DNA of 64,000 bases from the NCBI RefSeq assembly GCF_009914755.1, contig NC_060928.1, one strand, 5' to 3'. The notes under the pieces were generated by a model. It ran no database searches. It was not told the origin of the DNA and worked only from the letters and a program-made list of their open reading frames with translations. Of this stretch, positions 19,291 to 30,263 are shown in pieces (positions within the stretch are counted from its first letter, which is position 1; the number at the start of each line of letters is the position of its first letter). Origin of the DNA: the human T2T-CHM13v2.0 reference genome, Homo sapiens. The position numbers and the translations under genes are program-made.

Positions 19291-20160
19291 AAACATTTCT
19301 GTTCACATAAATAGTTTTCACCTGGAGACTGACTATAGCCCTGCAGTTTGATTTCATCACATTTCACTGTGTTCTGTGCCACCAGGTTTGTTCCTTTCAT
19401 CCTAGTCTGGACTTATTTCTCCAGTTTCTAACTTAGATTCATTGATGTAAAGTTATCATTCAAAAAGGGGCCATGAATTATCATGATGTGTAGGTCTCAT
19501 ACCACGGGTCAACTCCAGTTAATTCTTAAGAACTGTCTAATACGCTGGGTAGAGAAAGACTCATAGGTGGTCTCTGGGCCCAGAGGGAATAAATGTCAGG
19601 GGTAATTAGAAGTATCTGTTGGAAGAGGGAGGGGCTGGTGACTCTTGGGAAAAACATTTCTCTCTCATGCCAAAATCACTAACATTTCTGACTTAAATCT
19701 TTAAAACCAATTATTAATTTCCTTGCACCTCATAGTGTATATATCATAGCATAGGTACAGTGCCCCAAATGAACATAACTGAAAGTGACCATCTTGTTTT
19801 AAAAATATTTATGTAAAACATTTTTGCCACATGGCCAGAAAAAAATTCTAAAAGTGCATAAGTTGTAAGATGAAAAGTAAAATTCTCCCTCCCTGTCCCT
19901 CCCCGTACCACCTCCTAGATCCTCTCTTCAAAGCTAATGTTAACCAGTCTTTGAATATCCATCTTCAAAAATGCTGGAAGAAGATTCAATTACAAGTTTT
20001 CCCTCTGAGCCTCTTGCAAGTTGCTAGGAGCTATGAAAATTTAACATATGGTTCCTGTCCTCAGGAAGCACACAATCTAGCTGATGAGAATAGCATGCGG
20101 AGGACGTGTGGCAGGAAGCACCCAGGGAGCACTGCGGAGGCATTTGAGCTGGGCTGAATC

Positions 20161-20195
20161 TGACGTCACTCTAGTGGCCATGTTGCCATAACAAT
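20161..20195. promoter_or_regulatory. Candidate TF-site cluster (CRE, YY1-like, RFX X-box-like)
   Basis: TGACGTCA (20161-20168), GCCATGTT, GTTGCCATAACAAT; motif match only. Confidence 0.35.
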
Positions 20196-21719
20196 TCTGT
20201 CTTCACCCTCAGATGTGCTGGCTTTCATGCAGGAGGCTAACCCCTTCTCCTGCTTGCTTTCTGCCAGAGGTCAATGAGGGGCAGCTGAGGCCGGAGGAGC
20301 ACTACAGGGTGGAGGTGGGTGGGAGGGAGGGGATGTTACTGTGTTCCTAGACTTTGGGGGAAGACTCCATTGGTCCCTCAGAGGCTTCTGGCCAGTCTGT
20401 TTGGGGACAATTGCCTGAGATATGAGGCCTTTGGATTTAGAATATATTTGCAGGGTCCCTGAAATATCCATGAAAAGCATCACTCTAACATTAGCAGATG
20501 AGCTGGTTCTGCAGAACCCACCTCCTCCTGTCATGTGGAATTGGCCTCTTCCTTCCAGATACCTACTGCCAAGATTTCTGCTAGCTCCTGGTGGTGGCAG
20601 CTGTGCTCTGATTCTGGACCATTCTGGGAAGATTTTAGGTCTTGGCAGGCCCAATATTGTTCCTCTTCCAGGACAAGGAAGTTTCCAGGCCAAGGAAATT
20701 TCCAGGACAAAGAAATCTGCAGTCTTCACATCCTCACAGCAGCTACCTTGTAGTGCAGGAGACAGCTATTTAGCTGGTTCACACACAACCACCATGAGGA
20801 TCTTCCTGGGCTGGTAAAGCTCAGAGGGACCAACACACACAAATACCAGAGAAAACAGAGTGCTGAGCTCAGCTCAGTTTCAGTTTTTTCCTCTTTTTTT
20901 CTTATTCTGTTTAACCAGCTGATAGGTCTGGAACTCCACCTTCTGAGAACAGTCTCCTTAGGCTTACAGAAGAGAAATGACTTCTATAAACACTTGCTTG
21001 CACAAGCTTGGTGGAGGCATATCATCAGGTCAGGAAAGGTACACCCTTAAGGCCAGCTTAGTAGAGTCCATCAGAGGAGTTTAACCTGGAGCTGGACTGT
21101 TTCCACTTCTAGGGCATTTGGTTTCTTGATTCATTAGGAATGAACAACATGCAAGGTTCAAAGGTTCTCTACCTCTTTACTACCGAAACAAACAAAATCC
21201 TCAGCAGTTCTGCCATAGTGCTTTAATAGAAATAAAATTTACACTGTCCTTGTGTTAAGTGTTAGAGGCTGTGTTAGTATAAATAGAGTTGAAGTCCTAC
21301 TATGAAAACTTGTCAATATGGAGACAGAGACTTTGTCTTGTAGATGGTGTACCATGAAACATCCTCCTAGAACTCCCATCACTAGGAAGCTCCAGCTCTA
21401 CTCAATAAGGTCATCTTTCTCCCTAGATGGAGCCAAGACTGATGCCTTCTGTGTAGAACACCCACCATCTCTCAAGAGCTGAGATTCTGTGAAGGTGAAG
21501 AAGAGGGAAGCCTGCAAAATCTAACTCCTGGTTGTCTATTAGAGAATGCTCTATGCACAGACAGTCAACCAAAGGGATATGAGATGGAAAATATTTTACA
21601 TTATCCTCTGGCTCTGTATACATTCATGATCATCTAATAGCAAAATTTGTGTTGTTTATGTTGGCATGGCATTTCAGGAGTACTGAGCATAATAAGGTTA
21701 CAGGATGACAAGCCGTATG

Positions 21720-22100
21720 TTCAACTGCCTTCTTGTCTTACAGGCATCTCCATTTCAATATCCAACACCGAACTCAGGATCTTTCTTAGGTCTTCAAACA
21801 TGCCATACTTCTATTTGCCTCAGAGCATTTGCAAAAGATGTTTTACTTCCATGTTTATCCCTTATCCAGTTATTCCAACCTGTTCTTCAGATCTCTGATC
21901 AAAGATTGTTTACTAAGGGAGACTTTCTCTGACATCGCTAAGTCCAACTATCTTGCTAAAGTTCTCACAGCTCCCTGTACGTTTCCTACACAGTTCTTAT
22001 CTCAGTTTTTAATAAGCATTGTATGATTATTTGATTATTATCTGTTTGCCTCAATAGACAGTAAATGTTTTCAGGGCAAGGTCATGTTTGTTTTAGTTCA
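21720..22100 (+). mobile_element. L2 fragment
   Basis: CAGGCATCTCCATTTCAATATCCAACACCGAACTC; TAGACAGTAAATGTTTTCAGGGCAAGGTCATGTTTGTTTTAGTTCA. Confidence 0.55.
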
Positions 22101-24751
22101 ACGAAATAATACTGACTGTTACATTCATCGATTCCATAAATCTTTCAAAGCATGGCTTCTCTAAAAGGTCGACCCTATGCTATGGCTTTTCCTACTACTC
22201 CCTAAGCAGGGGTGGCTGCATAGGATGATATATGAAGCTGAATTAAATGAATTGCTATGCAAATAAATGGATCTCATAATTTCTTGGAAATTTACACACA
22301 CACACATGCACACAAACTGTGTTTAGATGGACTGAAAACTCTGCTAGCTTTTCTACAGTCTTCCCAATGAGCTTCACATGCTTGTAGTCACTTTATCTGA
22401 CCAGACACATATATATGTCTCATCTTATGGTGAACCAAATAATTCTCTATCATGTTCCACATCTTCTGTCTCATTTAGCCATTCCAAAAGCAGGAAACAC
22501 TGTTCAGGAATGCAGCAGGGTATAAATGTGCCTGTGGACCCATAAAAATTTACAGCCATGACTATAACATAATCAAACTGCATAGATTACTGTCACCAGG
22601 CCACTGTGTTATTACAGTCAACATTTTTTTCTATGACATTCAGTCTTTTCTAGTATTAAAAATTTCACAAAAGAATGAACTGCTTAATTTCCTTTGTAGG
22701 CTAGGGACAAGAGAAAGTAATCACGAGCCCTCAGCTTACTAGGAATATTATTATTACTTTTGAGTCTAGCAAAAATCCTGTCAATTCATATATACTTCTT
22801 TGTGATTAATTATACTGCTGGAGATTGTTTACTTAGGTTCAAGTCATTTTTTAAAAATGGCATTTCAGCTACCTGTGTAATGAGGGAGAAAAACACTGTT
22901 TTTCAAGCTTCTCTGATTATTGTTTGCTGAATATATAAATATGTGTTTGGTCACTTTCTTTGAGTTAAAAGGACGTCTAGTAGAATTATTCCCCTAATTT
23001 ATGACACTCTTTCATGCTAATAGTAAGTTGATTATAAAATGAGGGCATAATGATTGGATTTTCTGTGAATTAATTTTACAAGTCAACTGGGTTGAACAAT
23101 TCTACAGATAAAGAAGGATCATGACAGAGGTGTGAGTTGTCAGAGAGAGGCAGACATGAACAGCCCTAATGGTTATTCATGTGTACCTTCTGAGCTGCAT
23201 TTATTCAATTTGCTTTTATGTGGTTCAAAGCAGCTTGACAGTTTGACCTCTCATTCTTGTTTTGGTTTTTATTCTCAGAGTGTATCTCTGTGCATGGAAG
23301 TTATGATGCTGGGGTATCTTTCTGAGGGCAATCACATGCACCAGAAGAAAAAGATGCTGAGCTGATAGGACTCTTGATAATGCTCTAATCATCCCTCCCT
23401 CTCCCCACCCCAGAGTAACTTAACTCTTTTGATGATGTACTATCCAAGGTACATAATTTTTTTCCAGGCCCCATGGAGCTGGCTTCATAGGATGAAGCTG
23501 AAATACACCAAGAAGTAAAGGAACAACTGGGTTTCATGACTTTAGAAGTCCAACATTGGGAAGAAGTAAGTAAAGGGAAATTTTTACTTTAACTTTTCTG
23601 CCCCAGATTTGGTTTTAGCCTCCCTGGGGAATAAAAATCCAGATAAGTGAGCCATAGATGTCAGTGAGCTTCTTGAAACTAGTGATGGAGTTCTGGAGCT
23701 GTGCTAAGGGTCATAAAAAGCCCGGTGGAAATTATGCCTTTGTTTCCATTAGCGCTGATTAGCTGACTAAAATATCAGGGTTCTGTAGTTTAGGTCAGTG
23801 TAGCATTGGCATCTCTGGTTGATCTTATGTACTTTTATGTATTGACCCCTTATCCTTTGGTCAATAAAAATTGTAAAACTATCTTTCTTGAAATTGATTT
23901 GATGGCCATATTTTTCAAAATGTAGGGTCCATATAGAGAAAATTCTCTAAAGAGGTTGTTGGTGGGGAATAGTTGTTGAATCCTTGATCCACAATATCTG
24001 CTCTGGTGATGAATGAGGTGAAATGTTCTTGAGACATGACCAGTCCAAAGACCACAGAGTTCTGGGCAGGTTGATTTTATTGAGGGTCAGCTACAGACAG
24101 CTGAGTATGTTTCAGACTGGACTTTGAACTCAGCCTCTTCCGTGGAGAAGCCAACCTGAGCATACTATCACTACATCTGCAAGCTGAAAGGCTCAAGGAG
24201 TGAGTTCTCGGGGAGAAGCACGGGGGTACTTTCAGATCCAGCTTTGTAGCTGTAACACAGCTGGTCTTCTTTCACCCATTAGAGCTCCAGCAGGCACTGC
24301 AGGCCTCTCTGCTTGACCTTCCCTTGGAAGCTAGAGTTGCCTGAGCAAACCTGCCCAGCACTTAGTGGGTGCATTTCTTAACTCTTAGGCTGCAGCTGAA
24401 GACCAATAGGATCGAGTTCATCCCTGGCAAATCATCAAGCTCATTTTTTATTTTAGTTGACTGCAAAAAAATAATTTAAGTTTAGAAAAATTTTGTTTAT
24501 TAGTTTAATTTTTTATTTTTAAAATTGGATGCATGTCTATTTTTCATTTTTAGTTAAACTAAATAAATCAAAGCATTAGACACTTGGCTGTAAATCTGAC
24601 AGGGATGCTAGATGGAAGTTGTATCCTGGTAAAATTACACTGAGAGACATTTTATCACCTGCAACTTTTGAAATTTTGAATATTAGCTGAATTCTATATA
24701 AATGCTGGAACATCATAATTTTCTCACTTGGGCTCCTTTTGTTTTAATTTA

Positions 24752-25070
<319 letters not shown>

Positions 25071-25346
25071 CCCCAAAAAACTCCTTATATGTTTTTTAAA
25101 TGAAAGGAAATACATATTAGTAAATAGATTCAAAAAATAGTATTAAAAAATACACATAAAGTTGGAGTCCTAGTTTCCTTCCTCAAACCCATTATAATCA
25201 TTTTCTTCTCAGAGATAATTACTATCAGGAATTTGTAATACATTTTCCCAGTCCATTTAAAAATGTTTTAACTACTTTTATGTGGTATGGTTTTGAATGT
25301 ATTTAAAGTTTTACATAAGCTACATCCTATTATACATTCTGTTTTA

Positions 25347-25388
25347 TTAGGCTGGTGCCAAAGTGGTTGTACTTTTGCACCATCCTAA
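25347..25388. mobile_element. MADE1 (Hsmar1 MITE), internally deleted
   Basis: TTAGGCTGGTGCCAAAGT...ACTTTTGCACCATCCTAA inverted termini flanked by TA on both sides. Confidence 0.8.
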
Positions 25389-26618
25389 TACAATTTACTT
25401 TCTATATTCTACCACATTCATTCATTTAATAAATACATATTTTCTGTCTACAGTGTTCTAGGTACTTTTCTAAGTATTAAGGCTACAGATGAACAAAACA
25501 GAAAAAATTAACCTGTCTTCACAGCATTTATCTAGTAATTGGAGAAAGATAGCCAAAGAAGGAAATCAAATATGTATTATGTCCGATGGTGAGAATATAA
25601 AGAAAATAAAACAGGAAAAGGAGAATGCAGAGGAATAGGCATAGGCATTTCTGGGAAAAATGAGATGAGTCCTGAGGATTTCAAAAGACGAAGGAGTGGC
25701 AAATCCCAGAGGGTTGCTTGGAAGGGAAAGGCTGACAGAGATGTGGGGGACTCACCTGGAGCAAGCAGCAGTGGGGGCTTCTTCCTGACTGGACCAGATG
25801 GGGATATTACTAAGATCTATTTCTGTTGATACAAAAGAACCTGCCTTACAAATGTGAGCATTCCATTCTGTAGAACATTCCATTTTGCATATATGCCACA
25901 TTTTATTTATTTATTCTGTAATTGACACCATTAGGCTATGTTCCTTTATTTGTTTTTCTTACTGAAATATTGCTAAGAAAATTCTCGTTCAGTTCTCCTT
26001 GCATTCATGTGCAAGAAGTTTCCTATAGATAAGCCCAGAAATGGAACAGAACATTCTTTGTTATGTACACTTTCAACTTTATCAACACTGATAAATTACT
26101 CCCCAAAGTATCTGTGTGCATTCCCCCACCAATGTTTGAGTTAGCAAATGTAGAAGCAGTTCTGTTTTCTTACAGCCTTGCCAACACTAGATATCATGTG
26201 TCATTTTAGTTTTTGCCACTCAGATGGTTGCGAAGTACAATTTTATTGCTTTAATTCCACTTCTGTTTTTGCTAGTGATGTTAAGCATTTATTTGTTTAT
26301 TGGCCATCATAATGATGCTTGCATAAACTGCCTTTCACATAATTTGTCTATTTTTACCTTCACATTGTTGGTTTACTGAATGATTTACTTGAATTTCTTA
26401 TACATTCTGGATATGAAGCCTTTGTAATACACTCTGCAGATATCTTCTCCAAGTCTGTTCCTTATTATTTATCTTTGCCTGTGCTGTTTGTAAATGTAGT
26501 TGGTTTTTCATTTTGATACAGTCCAACCTACCAATCATTTATTTTAGAATGGAACTTTTCAATGTCTGAAGAAATTCTTCAATACTCCTGTATCACAAAG
26601 GTATTCTCAATCTGTCTC

Positions 26619-26637
26619 ATCTATCTGTCTATTTATC

Positions 26638-26688
<51 letters not shown>

Positions 26689-26712
26689 ATCTGTCTGTCT
26701 AATCTATCCATC
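26619..26712. repeat. (TATC)n tetranucleotide STR, pure core (TATC)12 at 26641-26688
   Basis: Direct count. Confidence 0.95.
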
Positions 26713-27999
26713 CATTATTAAAGGTTGTATCTTCACATTGTAGTCTGTAGTGAATGCTGTGGAGCATAGCTCAGATTGTTTCTCAAGAACATTCTCCAAC
26801 TACCAGAAGCATTGTCCTCTGACAGCTTGTAGCTCAGTTTCTTTTTCAAAATTACCCTTGGTCAAATTAAGCTGTTTTGCTGAAGATAGCTCTCTCCTCA
26901 GAGACAGCCCTGCATTCAATTACTACTTTGCACAGGAAGACAAGAGCCTGGCCCCTGAACTTTATTTGGAATTTTCTAAAGGCACAGTCCAACTTCAAAC
27001 TCTCTATGAGACTAACTTAGTTAGGACTCTGCCACAATGTATCAAAGTTCAACTTTTCTCTCTGTGCAATTTTACTTCCTTCCCTCCTTTATGCTAATCA
27101 CTCACCAATAAGCCAGCTGCATGCCAGTCTCCATCTTAGAGTCTGTTTTCCAGAGAACCTCATCTGTGACAGTTGACACTAGAAATAATCCTAGGAAACA
27201 GATTCTAAAGTAGATTTGGAGCTGGATCACCTACTAGCTGACTGGCAATAATGATGCATGTCATAGATGAAATAATGATAAACCCTGGCATGTGGCATCT
27301 TAAAACTTGGAATGGGGGAATTGAGAAGGCATACTGCCAGAAGAAAATGCACTGGTGGGTGCAATATCTCAAGTGATTGAGAGATTCTTAAGAAGTAGTA
27401 AGAGTTTATAAGGATTTGGGAATTAGATGGCTGTTGCTGGGAGCTACTGGTGCATTGGAGAAAGACACAAACAAAGCTGAGGACAATTAACCACCAATTT
27501 AAGGTTCTGTGATAGCCAGAGAATGTTCTCGGAGGTATATAAATAGATACCAGCTTCTGCAGCTATAGGGCAAAGAAAGTTGAGGATCAGTCCCAGGGCT
27601 AAGAATACGGATAGTAGAACTCCAAAGAAAGTTGAGTTCTCAGCCCTACAAAGTCGACTACACCAAGTTTAGGGCAGTGCTTGGGAAGGAGTGGGACTGT
27701 AAGACTTTTGAAAAGACTGAGTTAATGCACTCAAAAATCTTAAATTCTCCTAAACACTTCAGGCCAAATAAGTGGTCCATTTCTTGCTGTTAAGAGTTTA
27801 TTGCTCCTTGTTTGTATTAAGATTATGCAGAGGTCTTCTTTGCAAGAAAACATTTGCCCTCCCTGAAGTCTCTCCTGCTTCCTGCCCTTAACTAGGGTTA
27901 AGTAATAACATAATCTAGACAGCGAGGTCTGAGCCTGCTAAGGAAAGAACAGGACTACACTAGGAAGAACTACAGAACCTGTCTAACATATTCCAATAG

Positions 28000-29402
28000 T
28001 GAGAGGTGACAGCGTGCTGGCAGTCCTCAGGGCCCTCGCTTGCTCTCGGCACCTCCTCTGCCTGGGCTCCCACTTTGGCGGCACTTGAGGAGCACTTCAG
28101 CCCACCACTGCACTGTGGGAGCCCCTTTCTGGGCTGGCCAAGGCTGCAGCCCACTCCCTCAGCTTGCAGGGAGGTGTGGAGGGAGAGGCGCCAGCGGGAA
28201 CCGGGGCTGCCTGCAGCGCTTGCGGGCCAGCTGGAGTTCCTGGTGGGCGTGGGCTTGGCGGGCCCGCACTCGGAGCAGCCGGCCAGCCCTGCTGGCCCCG
28301 GGCAATGAGGGACTTAGCACCCGGGTTAGTGGCTGTGGGGGGTGTACTGGGTCCCCCAGCAGTGCCAGCCCACCGGCGCTGCGCTGGATTTCTCGCCAAG
28401 CTTTAGCTGCCTTCCCACGGGGCAGGGCTCGGGACCTGCAGCCCACCATGCCTGAGCCTCCCACCCACTCCATGGGCTCCTGTGCGGCCCGAGCCTCCCC
28501 AACGAGCACCACCCCCTGCTCCAAGGTGCCCAGTCCCATCGACCACCCAAGGGCTGAGGAATGTGAGTGTACGGCGCAGGACTGGCAGGCAGCTCCACCT
28601 GCAGCCCTGGTGTGGGATCCACTAGGTGAAGCCAGCTGGGCTCCTAAGTCTTGTGGGGATGTGGAGAGTCTTTATATCTAGCTCAGGCATTGTAAACACA
28701 CCAATCAGCACCCTGTGTCTAGCTGAAGGTTTGTGAGTGCACCAATCGACACTCTGTATCTAGCTGCTCTGGTGGGGCCTTGGAGAACCTTTATGTCTAG
28801 CTCAGGGATTGTAAATACACCAATCAGCACCCTGTGTTTAGCTCAAAGTTTGTGAATGCACCAATCGACACTGTATCTAGCTTCTCTGGTGGGGCCTTGG
28901 AGAACCTGTGTGTGGAAACTGTGTATCTAACTAATCTGATGGGGACGTGGAGAACCTTTGTATCTAGCTCAGGGATTGTAAACGCACCAATCAGCGCCCT
29001 GACAAAATAGGCCACTCGGCTCTACCAATCAGCAGGATGTGGGTGGGGCCAGATAAGAGAATAAAAGCAGGCTGCCCGAGCCAGCATTGGCAACCCGTTG
29101 GGGTCCCCTTCCACAGTGCGGAAGCTTTGTTCTTTCGGTCTTTGCAATAAATCTTGCTACTGCTCACTCTTTGGGTCCACGCTGCTTTTATGAGCTGTAA
29201 CACTCACTGCGAAGATCTGCAGCTTCACTCCTGAGCCAGCGAGACCACAAACCCACCAGAAGGAAGAAACTCCGAGCTCATCTGAATATCAGAAGGGACA
29301 GACTCCAGATGCGCCACCTTAAGAGCTGTAACACTCACCGCGAGGGTCCGTGGCTTCATTGTTGAAGTCAGTGAGACCAAGAATCCACCAATTCCGGACA
29401 CA
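28000..29402 (+). mobile_element. Solo LTR12C (ERV9 LTR)
   Basis: TGAGAGGTGACAGCGTGCTGGCAGTCC start and CCAATTCCGGACACA end; 4-bp TSD ATAG (27996-27999 / 29403-29406); CpG-rich U3 and tandem CCAAT repeats. Confidence 0.95.
28700..29070 (+). promoter_or_regulatory. LTR12C enhancer/promoter: six CCAAT (NF-Y) boxes, GC box, GATA, TATA-like
   Basis: CCAAT at 28701, 28742, 28820, 28861, 28987, 29025; GGGTGGGGC 29041; AGATAA 29051; AATAAAA 29060. Confidence 0.75.
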
Positions 29403-29615
29403 ATAGGGGACGGGAGAGTAAGTATTGCACTATAACATAGTCAGGGTTCTAGATCAAATAAGATAAAGTGTAAAGTTTGATAAGGGAGACTTTAGTGATA
29501 TGGGAACAGTCATTCATGATACAAGTTTTCATACCCTGACAGGGACCCTGGGAGTCAGTACTAACATGCTTTTTAAATGGCTCTTGAAAACTTGGAAAAA
29601 GTGAGACCTCCACAT

Positions 29616-29983
29616 TGCTAAGGTCTGAGTGTTTGTGTCCCTCCCAAATTCATATGTTGAACCTAGTCACCCATGTGATGGTGTTAGGAGGTAGAGCCTT
29701 TGGGCAGTGATTATTAGCTCACGGTGGCGGAGGCCTCTGGATGAGATTAATGCCCTCATAAAAGAGACCCTGGATAACTGCCTTGCCTTCATTCACCAGG
29801 TGAAGACACAGTGAGAAGGCACCATCTATGAAACAGGAAATGGGGCCTCACCAGACACCAGATCTGCCAATGCCCTGATCTTGGACTTTCCAGTCCCCAG
29901 AACTAAGGAGAAATAAATTTCTGCTTTTTATAAGTTGCCCAGTCTGTGGTAGTTTGTTATTGTAGCCTGAATAGACTGAGACA
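29616..29983 (+). mobile_element. MaLR LTR (MLT1A0-like)
   Basis: TGCTAAGGTCTGAGTGTTTGTGTCCCTCCCAAATTCATATGTTGAA...GACTGAGACA. Confidence 0.85.
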
Positions 29984-30052
29984 CACTCACGTGAAGCAGA
30001 AATTCCAGAATCATTTTAGGCAGAGGAAGAGGGGATTTAAAATCATAGGAAA

Positions 30053-30263
<211 letters not shown>

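Larger units (their letters stand above)
25090..26745 (-). mobile_element. Old L1M(E) 3' region (continues at 32340-32950 beyond the ERV-L)
   Basis: Reverse-complement ORF2 hallmarks (CCTTGCCAACACTAGATATC, ATTCTGGATATGAAGCCTTTG); the two halves join across the provirus; interrupted by MADE1 and an L2-like piece. Confidence 0.65.

Noticed and set aside
20271-20817. 152-aa (-) and 131-aa (+) overlapping ORFs in unique DNA
   Set aside because: No recognisable domain or exon structure; overlap on both strands is consistent with chance in a GC-richer patch
27960-28700. Cluster of overlapping 80-213 aa ORFs on both strands
   Set aside because: These are products of the GC-rich, stop-poor LTR12C U3 region and show no protein-family motifs
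28670-29030. Repeat-spacer-like array resembling CRISPR
   Set aside because: These are the known LTR12 tandem enhancer repeats; the spacers are themselves repeated, the context is eukaryotic and there are no cas genes
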